From: Candidatus Sysuimicrobiota bacterium
Lineage (GTDB): Bacteria > Sysuimicrobiota > Sysuimicrobiia > Sysuimicrobiales > Sysuimicrobiaceae
DNA: 64,000 bases
Direction of reading: 5' to 3'
Assembly (NCBI GenBank): GCA_040289515.1
Contig: PSLI01000004.1
Location: forward strand, 11,111 to 75,110
The notes below the pieces were generated by a model, which was given only the letters and a program-made list of their open reading frames with translations, was not told the DNA's origin and did not search any database. Position 1 is the first letter of the stretch. Each line of letters begins with the position of its first letter. Position numbers and translations under genes: made by a program. This document shows, one piece after another, positions 28,018 to 36,667 of the stretch.

Positions 28018-28452
28018 ATGGGGACAGCACCGGAGCGCACCCCGCAAGCCAATCCCCAAGGACCGGCGCGGGTGGTGGGGTTTTTGTGTGACTGGGCGGT
28101 GCGCAGCGAGGGACTGCTGAACGCGGACGACACCCTGGTGGGCATGCCCCACGTGACCGTGATCCGGGTGCCCTGTTCCGGTTTCGTAAAGCCCGCGTGG
28201 CTGGAGCTGGCCCTGCGCAGTGGTGCTGCGGGCACCTTCGTGTGCGGGTGCCCCATGGGCGACTGCCTGAACCGGGAGGGTAACTGGATCATGGAGGGCC
28301 GCATCGACCAGCTGCGCAAGCGGCTGAGCCGCCAGAAGGTGGATCCCGACCGGGTGGCCTTTTTCGCCTTCGGGCTGCACGAGCGGGAGGCCTTCCTTCA
28401 AGCCGTGGCGGAGTTCGTGAACAGGCTCGCCGGATCCGGAGGGAACCGGTGA
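28018..28452 (+). CDS. MvhD/FlpD-like iron-sulfur protein (methyl-viologen-reducing hydrogenase delta-subunit family)
   Basis: FLCDWA, VIRVPCSGFV and FVCGCPMGDC cysteine pattern typical of PF02662-type proteins. Confidence 0.65.
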   Translation: MGTAPERTPQANPQGPARVVGFLCDWAVRSEGLLNADDTLVGMPHVTVIRVPCSGFVKPAWLELALRSGAAGTFVCGCPMGDCLNREGNWIMEGRIDQLRKRLSRQKVDPDRVAFFAFGLHEREAFLQAVAEFVNRLAGSGGNR

Positions 28453-28565
28453 TGCGGTTCGGCCCGAAGCGGTGGAAGACGTACCTGTGGTACGTTGTCT
28501 TCTACCTCCTGTTCTTCGCCCTGCTCCTGTTCGTAGCCGCCTTCGGGTTGGTGGCGGAGGCGTAG
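28452..28565 (+). CDS. Unannotated 37-aa single-TM peptide
   Basis: MRFGPKRWKTYLWYVVFYLLFFALLLFVAAFGLVAEA. ATG overlaps the MvhD-like stop as TGATG. It is absent from the ORF track because it is under 60 aa. A CcoQ-like position. Confidence 0.4.
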   Translation: MRFGPKRWKTYLWYVVFYLLFFALLLFVAAFGLVAEA

Positions 28566-28579
28566 GGCGGGAGGGTCGC

Positions 28580-29974
28580 ATGCTGGTGTGGATGTTCACG
28601 GACGAGCGGTGGAGTTCTGCCCGCAGGTTCCTGTACGCGGGCACCCTGTGGGCGCTGGTGGCCCTGGCGTACGAGGCCCTGGCGGCCGCCCAGCGGGCGT
28701 GGCCGGCCCTGCTGTCGGAGTTTCCATGGGCTTCCCACGGGCGGGTGGTGGCCTTAAGCCACGACCTGTGGGTTTTCGGCTTTTTGTCCCAGCTGCTGGT
28801 GGCCTCGGCCCTGCGGGTGATGGGGCAGACGGACCGGGAGGGGATCTGGAGCGAGCCCGTAGCGCACCTGGCTGTTTGGCTGTGGAACCTAGCCCAGGCC
28901 CTGAGCTGGTGGTGGCTGTCGGTGGGCTGGACCCGGGGAAGGCCGCTGGCGGAGGCCCCGTGGCCGGTGGACGGGCTGCGTGTGCTGGCCGCTTTGGCGC
29001 TGTGGTGGGTGGTGCGCAACAGCCTGGTTCGGTCGTCCCGGCGGGAAGCTGGCTTGGCCCTGGTGGCGGTGGCCTTCGCGGGTCTGCCGCTGGTGCTGGT
29101 GCTGGGCAAGGGGCTGTTCTCGCCCTTCGACAACCCTTACCACGGCCTCCTGGACGCCCTGAGCCAGGCCTTCCTGCGGGCGGGCTTGGTGTGGCTGTGG
29201 CTAGTACCTCTGGCGGGCGGTGTGTCTTTGTACGTGCTGTCCGCCCTTACGGGCCGGCCGGGTCTGTCGGAGGGCATGGGCCTTTCGGCGGTGGTGGGGC
29301 TGGTGAGCTTTGGCGCCCTGGCGGGGCCTGCGGAGTTTGTATGGGGCCCGGTCCCCTTCTGGGTGCAGACCGTGGGCACCGTGGCGCGGGGCCTGCTGCT
29401 GCTGCCCGCGGCGACCCTCCTGGCCGGCGTGGTTCGGTCCCTGGACGGCCATTGGCGCAGCCTGGGGAACCACCCGGGCGTGGTGCTCACCCTGGCGGGA
29501 TGGCTCGCGGTGTTCTGCGGGGCGGCGGCGGACGCCCTCGCCTCCCTGGTGGGGCCCAGCCGGCTGGTGCACCTGTCCCTGTGGGGTGAGGGTGTTCGGG
29601 TGCTCCTGCTGACCGGCGCGGGTGCGGTGGCCGCCGGATGCGTGTACCTGTTGACCCCTCATGTGCTGGGCCGATCCCTGGTCAGCAGGGCTGCCGCGTG
29701 GCGCCACCTCTGGCTGGTGGTGGTGGGATGGTCGCTTTCCGCCCCCTTCCTTCTGCTGGGCGGGTTGGTGCAGGGTGCGGTGTGGGTCACGGGCACAGTC
29801 CCCTTCGCGCACGCGGTGCAGGCCGTGCGGCCCTTGCTGGGGGGGGGCTTTGTGGGCCTGCTGGTGGCGTGGGCCGCGCAGGGAGTGTTCGCGTGGAATG
29901 TGTTCCTGACCGCGGACTCCGGGGAGCCCGTGCCCGCCGCAGAGCAGGAGCTGGCCGCGGTGGCGGGGTCCTGA
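28580..29974 (+). CDS. Polytopic (about 12 TM) membrane protein in the CcoN/NorB position, with no canonical heme-copper-oxidase metal ligands
   Basis: ATG 28580 is preceded by GGGAGGG. 464 aa, Trp-rich. The single His residues do not form the HH and HxH ligand pattern of HCO subunit I. Confidence 0.55.
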   Translation: MLVWMFTDERWSSARRFLYAGTLWALVALAYEALAAAQRAWPALLSEFPWASHGRVVALSHDLWVFGFLSQLLVASALRVMGQTDREGIWSEPVAHLAVWLWNLAQALSWWWLSVGWTRGRPLAEAPWPVDGLRVLAALALWWVVRNSLVRSSRREAGLALVAVAFAGLPLVLVLGKGLFSPFDNPYHGLLDALSQAFLRAGLVWLWLVPLAGGVSLYVLSALTGRPGLSEGMGLSAVVGLVSFGALAGPAEFVWGPVPFWVQTVGTVARGLLLLPAATLLAGVVRSLDGHWRSLGNHPGVVLTLAGWLAVFCGAAADALASLVGPSRLVHLSLWGEGVRVLLLTGAGAVAAGCVYLLTPHVLGRSLVSRAAAWRHLWLVVVGWSLSAPFLLLGGLVQGAVWVTGTVPFAHAVQAVRPLLGGGFVGLLVAWAAQGVFAWNVFLTADSGEPVPAAEQELAAVAGS

Positions 29975-29989
29975 GGTGCAGGAGGTGTC

Positions 29990-30451
29990 GTGGTGAGGGA
30001 TCCCGTAGCGCACCTGGTGCGACTGGCGGTGGCGGCCGTGCTGTGCGGGTTCGTGGCCACCGTGCTCCTGCCAGCGTTGGACCCCGCGGTGCGCACGGCG
30101 CGGGCAGCGCCCCTGTCGGCGCAGGCGGCGCGGGGACGGTGGGTGTACGCCCGGGAGGGGTGTGCGGCCTGTCACACCCAGCAGGTGCGTACGGTGGAGG
30201 CGGGGTTCGGCATGGTGCGCCGGAGGGGCGACGTGGGAGAGGCTTCCTCGCCAAGCCAGTACGCGGGGCAGGACCCGGCCCTGTTGGGGCGGCTGCGGAT
30301 GGGGCCGGACCTGACGCACGTGGCCTCCCGTGCCTCCGCGGAAGAGCTGCGTTCGCTAGTTCGGTCCGGCACGGGAGGGATGCCCGCGTACCGGCACCTG
30401 CCCGATCCGGAACTGGCGGACCTCGTGGCGTACCTGCTGACCCTGCGATAG
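29990..30451 (+). CDS. CcoO/NorC-like membrane-anchored monoheme cytochrome c
   Basis: GRWVYAREGCAACHTQQVR matches the CcoO GxxVYxxEGCxxCHSQ signature. A downstream ...GPDLTHV...GMPAY box and an N-terminal TM anchor are present. Confidence 0.6.
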   Translation: MVRDPVAHLVRLAVAAVLCGFVATVLLPALDPAVRTARAAPLSAQAARGRWVYAREGCAACHTQQVRTVEAGFGMVRRRGDVGEASSPSQYAGQDPALLGRLRMGPDLTHVASRASAEELRSLVRSGTGGMPAYRHLPDPELADLVAYLLTLR

Positions 30452-30459
30452 GAGGAAGG

Positions 30460-30999
30460 ATGGAGGCCCAAACGCCGCGACCGTCCCGCTGGCTGGCGCT
30501 GCTGTACGTGCTGCTGCCTCTGTGGGCAGTGACGTACCTGTTCGTGGCGGGAGGACTGGTGGCTCCGGAGGTCCGGCCGGTGGCCCGGAACGTGGAGGGC
30601 GTCTCGGCGGGTGTCGGCGCGGCACCGGACGGGTCCGAGCAGGTGCTGGGGATCCTCGAGGTGGTGCCTGAGGACGCGCGGGACGACCAGCCGCCCCGTC
30701 CGGTTACCGCGGCCATGCTGGCGCAGGCGAAGGCACGGTACGACACCCTGTGCGCCGTCTGCCACGGCCCGGAAGGCCGGGGCGACGGCCCCGCGGGCGC
30801 GGCTCTTAACCCCAAGCCGGTCAACTTCCATTTCCGCGCTTTCCAGGAGCGCATGCCCGTGGGTGCCACGCACTGGGTGATCAAGAACGGCCTGGGTAAC
30901 ACCGCCCGCCGCAGCGGGATGCCCGCCTTTGGCCAGCTGCCTGACGACCAGATCTGGGCCCTGGTGGAGTACATACGGCGGCTGGGCCGCCGGCCATGA
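30460..30999 (+). CDS. Membrane-anchored monoheme class-I cytochrome c
   Basis: CAVCHG heme site, GMPAF Met-ligand region, N-terminal TM helix. RBS GGAGGAAGG. Confidence 0.75.
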   Translation: MEAQTPRPSRWLALLYVLLPLWAVTYLFVAGGLVAPEVRPVARNVEGVSAGVGAAPDGSEQVLGILEVVPEDARDDQPPRPVTAAMLAQAKARYDTLCAVCHGPEGRGDGPAGAALNPKPVNFHFRAFQERMPVGATHWVIKNGLGNTARRSGMPAFGQLPDDQIWALVEYIRRLGRRP

Positions 31000-31979
31000 G
31001 CGCTCCCGCCAACCCCGACGTGGCCCTGGCGTCCGCGTATGCACCGGTTCGGGAGGACTTGGAGCGCCTGCAGGCCCTCCTGCAGGAGGAGCTCGCGTCC
31101 CACGACCCCTTCCTGCGCGAGCTGGTGTCCCACGTGCTGCAGACGAGGGGCAAGATGGTGCGGCCGGCTCTGGCGTTCCTCTGCGCGCGGCTCGCGGGCG
31201 GAGGAGGCGCCCACCGGGACCTGGTGGCCGCGGCGGTGGAGCTCATCCACGTGGCCAGCCTGATCCACGACGACGTCATCGACGAGGCGGACCGGCGCCG
31301 GGGCCAGGCCACCCCCAACGCCCGCTGGGGCAACCACGTGGCGGTGCTTCTGGGCGACTACCTGTTCAGCAAGGCTTTCCACCTCCTCAGCCGGGTGGGC
31401 CGGGACGACGTGGCCAGCCGGGTGGCGTTCGCCACCGTGCGCATGAGTCAGGCGGAGCTGCTGCAGGTGAAGTATGGCAGTACCCCCCACACGGACGAGT
31501 CGGTGTACTTCGCCATCGTGGAGGGGAAGACCGCCCAGCTGGTCTCCTCCGCGTGTGCGGGAGGGGTCCTGGTGGGCGGGGGTGACGGCGGCCTGGCGGA
31601 TCGGCTTGGCACCTTTGGGCTGCACTGGGGAGTAGCCTTCCAGATCACCGACGACACCCTGGACCTCACCAGCGACCCGGAGGTCCTGGGCAAGCCCATC
31701 GGTAGCGACGTGCGGGGGGGCAAGGTCACCCTACCCCTCATCCACGCCCTGCGCCACGCGGACTCCCAAGACCGCCAGCGGCTGGAGGCTTGGATCCGCT
31801 TGGGGGAGCTGGAACCCTTGCGGCAGGCCCTGGAGCGGTCCGGATCCCTCGCCTACGCCCTGGAGGTGGCCCGGCAGCATGCCCGCAGGGCCCTGCGGAT
31901 CCTGGACACCCTGCCCAGCAGCCCCGAACGCGACAGCCTCGCAGCCCTTACGGAGTTCGTGGTCTCCCGCCACCATTAG
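30996..31979 (+). CDS. Polyprenyl diphosphate synthase (hepta/octaprenyl type)
   Basis: LIHDDVIDEADRRRG and FQITDDTLD DDxxD boxes. ATG overlaps the previous stop. Confidence 0.85.
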   Translation: MSAPANPDVALASAYAPVREDLERLQALLQEELASHDPFLRELVSHVLQTRGKMVRPALAFLCARLAGGGGAHRDLVAAAVELIHVASLIHDDVIDEADRRRGQATPNARWGNHVAVLLGDYLFSKAFHLLSRVGRDDVASRVAFATVRMSQAELLQVKYGSTPHTDESVYFAIVEGKTAQLVSSACAGGVLVGGGDGGLADRLGTFGLHWGVAFQITDDTLDLTSDPEVLGKPIGSDVRGGKVTLPLIHALRHADSQDRQRLEAWIRLGELEPLRQALERSGSLAYALEVARQHARRALRILDTLPSSPERDSLAALTEFVVSRHH

Positions 31980-32083
31980 CGGCAGCTGGTGGAACGCCGG
32001 CGCCTCCGCTACACTGCCTGTCGGTGGACGGGCGCAGGTGGGTGCGGGTGCTCGCCGGGCCGCTGCGGAAGCTGCGGGAGGCC

Positions 32084-33223
32084 ATGGTGTCCTTCGCCGT
32101 GGCCACTACCTCCCGGCACCTGGAGGCCAACCGAGACGCGGTGGTGCGCCGGTGGCGGGCGTGGCTCCATGGGCGGGCGGCGCGGTACGCGGAGCACCCC
32201 GACCTTGCGGAGCGCTGGGGTGCGCAGACAGTGGATCTCTTGGTGCGGGTGATGCGGGCCCAAGGCGAGGCGGAGGGTTCGGAAGCGCGGGACCGGGTGT
32301 TCGAGTACGCGCACCGCGTGGCCACTGAACAGCTGGCCCTGGGCTTCCGGCTGGAGGAGATCCTGCAGGCTTTGAGCCTGCTGCGCAGCAGCGTGTCCTG
32401 GCAGGTGCAGGTCATGTTGAGCCGGCGGCTGTGGGTGGCCTTCCCGCCCGACGTCATGCGGGCCACCCAGCGGGTCCACGAGGCCATCGACCTGCAGATG
32501 CTGGCCATTGGGCAGGCGTACCTGGAGACCCGGGATCGGGTGATCCGCCAGAAGCAGCGGGACCTGGAGGAGAGCAACGCCAAGCTGCGGACCCTGCTCC
32601 GGGAGATGCACCACCGGATCAAGAACAACCTGCAAACCCTGGCGGATCTTTTGTACCTGGAGACCCTGGGCGCGGAGGAACCCGCCCGCAGGAGCCTGCT
32701 GGACAGCATCGGCCGGGTGAAGAGCATCGCCGCAGTCCACCAGATGCTGTCCGCAGACCACATCGAGGCGGTGGAGGTGCGGCGGCTGGCGGAACGCATC
32801 GGGGAGATTCTGGGGCGGGACCTGACCCGCGGGGGCCGTGCGGTGCGCGTGGAGGTACGGGGTCCGGAGGTGTGGCTGCCCAGCAAGCAGGCCACCGCCC
32901 TGGCCCTGGTACTTACCGAGCTGCTGCACAACGCCACCGAGCACGCCTTCCCCCACGGCCGGGGCCGGGTGGCGGTGGAGCTGGGACGGGAGGCGGGTGA
33001 GGTGTGGGTGCGGGTGCGCGACGACGGTGTGGGGCTCCCTGCGGACTTCTCCGTGGAGCGGGACGGCCACCTGGGGCTGCGCATCGTGCAGGACCTGGTG
33101 AGCCGGGAGCTGCGGGGAACGTTCGCCCTGCGGTGCGAGGCTGGCACGGTGGCGGAGGTGCGGTTCCGGCCGCCGCAGGCGGGCGAGGGTGCGGAACGGG
33201 TGGTGGGGGAGGTGCGGGTGTGA
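32084..33223 (+). CDS. Cytoplasmic sensor histidine kinase (HisKA_2-type, HHRIKNNLQ box)
   Basis: H-box EMHHRIKNNLQTL. ATPase N-box ELLHNATEHAF, then DDGVGLP, then GLGLRIV. No TM segments. Confidence 0.75.
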   Translation: MVSFAVATTSRHLEANRDAVVRRWRAWLHGRAARYAEHPDLAERWGAQTVDLLVRVMRAQGEAEGSEARDRVFEYAHRVATEQLALGFRLEEILQALSLLRSSVSWQVQVMLSRRLWVAFPPDVMRATQRVHEAIDLQMLAIGQAYLETRDRVIRQKQRDLEESNAKLRTLLREMHHRIKNNLQTLADLLYLETLGAEEPARRSLLDSIGRVKSIAAVHQMLSADHIEAVEVRRLAERIGEILGRDLTRGGRAVRVEVRGPEVWLPSKQATALALVLTELLHNATEHAFPHGRGRVAVELGREAGEVWVRVRDDGVGLPADFSVERDGHLGLRIVQDLVSRELRGTFALRCEAGTVAEVRFRPPQAGEGAERVVGEVRV

Positions 33224-33801
33224 AGGACCGGCTGCGCATCCTCATCGCGGACGACGAGGCCATCCGCGTCATGACCTTGCGCACGCAGCTGCGGGCCCTG
33301 GGGTTTGAGGTGGTGGCGGAGGCCACCAACGGCCAGGAGGCGGTGGACCTGGCCGACCGCCACCAGCCGGATTTGGCCATCCTGGACATCAAGATGCCGG
33401 GGCTGGACGGGATCGCGGCCGCGCGGGAGATCACCGCCCGCCGCCCCGTCCCCGTGATCTTGCTCACCGCCTACAGCGAACCGGAGCTGGTGGAGCGGGC
33501 CACGGAGGCGGGGGTGTTCGCGTACCTGGTGAAGCCCGTGAGCGAGGAGGATCTGCTGCCCACCATCCTGCTGGCGCGGGCGCGGTTTGAGGAGTTCCGG
33601 CTGCTGCGCAGGGAGGTGGAGGACCTGCGGGAGGCCCTGGAGGCCCGGAAGATCATCGAGCGGGCCAAGGGGATCCTCATGAAGCGGCTGGGGATCAGCG
33701 AGGTGGAGGCCTTCCGCCGCATGCAGGTGCAGAGCCAGAAGGAGAACAAGAAGCTGGTGGAGATCGCGCGGGCCATCGTGACCGCCCACGGGGTGCTGTA
33801 G
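33220..33801 (+). CDS. Response regulator with ANTAR RNA-binding output domain
   Basis: REC domain (ILIADDE...DLAILDIKMPGLDG) plus ANTAR (KIIERAKGILMKRLGISEVEAFRRMQ). GTG overlaps the kinase stop. Confidence 0.85.
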   Translation: MKDRLRILIADDEAIRVMTLRTQLRALGFEVVAEATNGQEAVDLADRHQPDLAILDIKMPGLDGIAAAREITARRPVPVILLTAYSEPELVERATEAGVFAYLVKPVSEEDLLPTILLARARFEEFRLLRREVEDLREALEARKIIERAKGILMKRLGISEVEAFRRMQVQSQKENKKLVEIARAIVTAHGVL

Positions 33802-34214
33802 TGGAACCCTCCGGCAGCCAGGACAGGTGGGAGGCCCTGTTGGAGGACCTGGCCCGGGTGGTGCGGGCCCACGGGGAGCTCCTGCGGCTGGAAGGGCAGG
33901 CGGCCGTGCAGGACGTGGTCCGGGGTGGCCTGGGCCTGCTGGCCGGGCTGTCCGCGGCCGCGGGTGCCCTTCTGTTTTTGCCCGCGCTCCTGGCGCTGTT
34001 CCTGGCGAGGTGGCTGCAGCCGTGGGCGGCGGGGCTGGTGAGCTGGTGCGCGGTGGCGGCGGTGGCGCTAGGACTGAGCGCGTGGGGCTGGCGCAGGCTC
34101 CGCCGGCCTAAGCTGGCCCGGGTACGGGAGGTGCTTCAGGAGGATGCCCGGTGGATCCGCGAGTTGACCGCGTCTGTGCGGAGCTCCGGGCGGCCCGGCT
34201 CCGGGTCGCCCTGA
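33801..34214 (+). CDS. YqjE/holin-X-like membrane protein
   Basis: 137 aa with a central hydrophobic hairpin. Confidence 0.45.
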   Translation: MEPSGSQDRWEALLEDLARVVRAHGELLRLEGQAAVQDVVRGGLGLLAGLSAAAGALLFLPALLALFLARWLQPWAAGLVSWCAVAAVALGLSAWGWRRLRRPKLARVREVLQEDARWIRELTASVRSSGRPGSGSP

Positions 34215-34362
34215 GCCTATCGCAGCTGGTGGAGCAGGTGCGGGCCGGCCGCGGGCCAGCGCTACCCGACGGCGCCCTCGTGCTGGCGGGCGCGGTGGTG
34301 CTGGCCGCGGTGTTGCTGGCGAGCCTGTGGGAACGGCGGTACAATGCCACCGGAGGTGGCGG

Positions 34363-34530
34363 ATGCCCTTCGGGATCGGGACGACCGAGCTTGTCATCAT
34401 CCTCCTCATCGCCCTGTTGATCTTCGGCCCCGCGCGCCTGGCTGGCATCGGGAGCTCCCTGGGGAAGGCTATCCGGGACTTTCGGAAGTCGGTCCGGGAA
34501 GAGGACTCCGACGAGGCGGCCAAGAAGTAG
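34363..34530 (+). CDS. tatA: Sec-independent translocase TatA/E
   Basis: MPFGIGTTELVIILLIALLIFGPARL. RBS GGAGGTGG. Confidence 0.8.
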   Translation: MPFGIGTTELVIILLIALLIFGPARLAGIGSSLGKAIRDFRKSVREEDSDEAAKK

Positions 34531-34581
34531 CGCGGGGCGCTGGAGGGGGAACTGGCGGGCGGCCGGTGGGGTGGTGGGCGG

Positions 34582-34842
34582 GTGACGCGACGCAGCCGGC
34601 GGCCGTGGGGGGCGGTGCTGCTGGTGGTGCTGGCCGGGGGGATCCTTGGGCACGTGGTGGCCGAAGCCGCCTCCTCCGTGCCGGCGCTGGCGTTTCTGGC
34701 ACGCTCCGTGGAGCCCGGCCTGGACCCGGCCCTGCACCTCGACCTGGGCCTTGTGACCTTCACCCTGGGCTTCACCGTACGCCTGAACCTCGCGGTGGTG
34801 CTCGGGGTGGTGTTCACCCTGTGGCTGTGGCGCTGGTTGTGA
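34582..34842 (+). CDS. Small membrane protein (DUF4321-like)
   Basis: 86 aa, two TM helices. Sits beside radC/mreB. Confidence 0.4.
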   Translation: MTRRSRRPWGAVLLVVLAGGILGHVVAEAASSVPALAFLARSVEPGLDPALHLDLGLVTFTLGFTVRLNLAVVLGVVFTLWLWRWL

Positions 34843-34889
34843 GGGCTTGTGGTCGCAAAGCGGCTTTCGGGCACGTTTAATCGTACGGA

Positions 34890-35582
34890 ATGGGAATCTC
34901 CGGGCCCACCATCCGCGAACTGCCCTTGGAGGCGAGGCCGCGGGAGCGGCTGCTGGCCTCCGGCCCTGAGGCCCTCGCGGATCGGGAGCTGCTCGCCGTC
35001 CTGCTGCGGGCGGGCACCCGGTCCCGCTCCGCGCTGCACGTGGCGGACGACCTGCTGCGCCGGTTTGGAGGCCTGCGGGGCCTCAGCCGCGCGCGGGCCG
35101 AGGAGCTGGGCACCCTGCGCGGCGTGGGGCAGGCTAAGGCAGCTACCCTGGTGGCCGCTTTCGAGCTGGCCCGGAGGATACAGGGCCCGGACCCCGCCAG
35201 CCGGCCCGCGGTGCGCAGCGCCGCAGACGCCGCAGCTTTGCTGGGCCCCCGCCTGGCCCACCGCGAGCAGGAGCACTTCTGCGTGCTGCTCCTGAATACC
35301 CGCCACGAGGTCATCGGCCTGGTGGAGGTGTCCCGCGGCGGCCTCAACGCCGCCTCCGTGGAACCCCGGGAGGTGTTTCGGGAGGCCATCCGTCGCGGCG
35401 CCTGTGCGGTGATCGTGGCTCACAACCACCCCTCTGGCAACCCAGAACCCAGTCCCGACGACGTGCGCCTGACCACCGGTCTTCGGCAGGCGGGGAGTCT
35501 GGTGGGGGTAGCGGTGCTGGACCACCTGGTGGTGGGGGATGGACGATTTGTCAGCCTGCGGGAGCGGGGGTTAGGATTCTAG
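34890..35582 (+). CDS. radC: RadC-family JAB-domain protein (UPF0758)
   Basis: HhH N-terminus plus [18 protein letters not shown] motif. Confidence 0.85.
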   Translation: MGISGPTIRELPLEARPRERLLASGPEALADRELLAVLLRAGTRSRSALHVADDLLRRFGGLRGLSRARAEELGTLRGVGQAKAATLVAAFELARRIQGPDPASRPAVRSAADAAALLGPRLAHREQEHFCVLLLNTRHEVIGLVEVSRGGLNAASVEPREVFREAIRRGACAVIVAHNHPSGNPEPSPDDVRLTTGLRQAGSLVGVAVLDHLVVGDGRFVSLRERGLGF

Positions 35583-35625
35583 GGGCTGCGGTAGTGCCGC
35601 GGCCAGCACCTCCTCGGAGGCCGGA

Positions 35626-36660
35626 ATGATCCGGAACGGGTTCCTCAGCCGCTTCTCTCGGGACATGGGCGTCGACCTGGGCACCGCCAACACCGTGGTG
35701 TACGTGCGGCACGAGGGCATCGTGTTGCGGGAGCCTTCGGTGGTGGCCAAGCGGGCGGACGGTGCCATCCTGGCGGTGGGCGACGAGGCCAAGCGCATGA
35801 TCGGCCGCACGCCGTCGGACATCCTGGCGGTGCGCCCCCTCAAGCACGGCGTCATCGCGGACTTCGACACCACCGCGGCCATGCTCAACTACTTCATCCG
35901 CAAGGGCATGCGGGGCCGGTCCCTGCTCCGGCCGCGGGTCATCGTGGGGATCCCCTCCGGGGTCACGGAGGTGGAAAAGCGGGCGGTCATCGACGCTACC
36001 CTGCAGGCGGGCGCGCGGGAAGCGTACCTCATCGAGGAGCCCATGGCGGCCGCCATCGGCGCGGGCCTACCTGTCTCCGAGCCGGTGGGCAGCATGGTGG
36101 TGGACATCGGGGGCGGAACCACGGAGGTGGCGGTGATCGCCCTCGGCGGGATCGTCGCCAGCAAGTCCATCCGCATCGGCGGGGACGAGATGGACGAGGC
36201 CATCATCCAGTACGCGCGCAAGGCCTACAGCCTCCTCATCGGGGAACGCACCGCGGAGGAGATCAAGATCGCCATCGGGTCCGCGTACCCCCTGCGGGAG
36301 GAGCAGGCCGCGGAGGTGCGGGGGAGGGACCTGGTCTCCGGGCTGCCCCGCACGGTGCGCATGACCAGCGCGGAGATCCGGGAGGCGCTGCGGGAGCCGG
36401 TGGCGGCCATCGTGGACGCGGTGAAGCAAACCTTGGAGCGTACGCCCCCCGAGCTGGCCGCGGACATCGTGGAGCGCGGGATCGTACTGGCCGGGGGCGG
36501 CTCGCTGCTGCGTGGGCTGGACCGGCTCCTGGCGGAGGAGACGGGGATGCCCGTCACGCTTACGGACGACCCCCTCTCCGCGGTGGTACTGGGGACGGGG
36601 CGGGCTCTGGAGGAGATCGACACCCTCAGGAAGGCCCTGGTGGGCAACAAGCGCGCCTAG
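35626..36660 (+). CDS. mreB: Rod shape-determining protein MreB
   Basis: [13 protein letters not shown] actin-fold signature. 344 aa. Confidence 0.95.
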   Translation: MIRNGFLSRFSRDMGVDLGTANTVVYVRHEGIVLREPSVVAKRADGAILAVGDEAKRMIGRTPSDILAVRPLKHGVIADFDTTAAMLNYFIRKGMRGRSLLRPRVIVGIPSGVTEVEKRAVIDATLQAGAREAYLIEEPMAAAIGAGLPVSEPVGSMVVDIGGGTTEVAVIALGGIVASKSIRIGGDEMDEAIIQYARKAYSLLIGERTAEEIKIAIGSAYPLREEQAAEVRGRDLVSGLPRTVRMTSAEIREALREPVAAIVDAVKQTLERTPPELAADIVERGIVLAGGGSLLRGLDRLLAEETGMPVTLTDDPLSAVVLGTGRALEEIDTLRKALVGNKRA

Positions 36661-36667
36661 CAGCGGG

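Noticed and set aside
28472-28579. GTG 28472 as the start of the large membrane protein (track ORF 28472-29974)
   Set aside because: The first 36 codons (MEDVPVVRCLLPPVLRPAPVRSRLRVGGGG...) are not membrane-protein-like. They are better explained by the out-of-frame 37-aa TM peptide at 28452-28565, with the real start at ATG 28580 behind a GGGAGGG RBS.
28580-29974. Calling the 464-aa membrane protein a bona fide cbb3 CcoN or NorB
   Set aside because: I could not find the HH pair or the HxH pair at the expected helix spacings. Only the genomic position beside a CcoO-like gene supports the idea, so the family is left open.
29787-31625. 612-aa antisense ORF, with similar long minus-strand ORFs at 36626-38254, 39733-41337, 45160-47112 and 34068-35525
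   Set aside because: They have Arg/Pro/Gly/Ala-rich low-complexity translations and lie opposite well-supported + strand genes (cytochromes, mreC/D, rodA, mltG). These are the stop-poor antisense frames expected in ~70% GC DNA.
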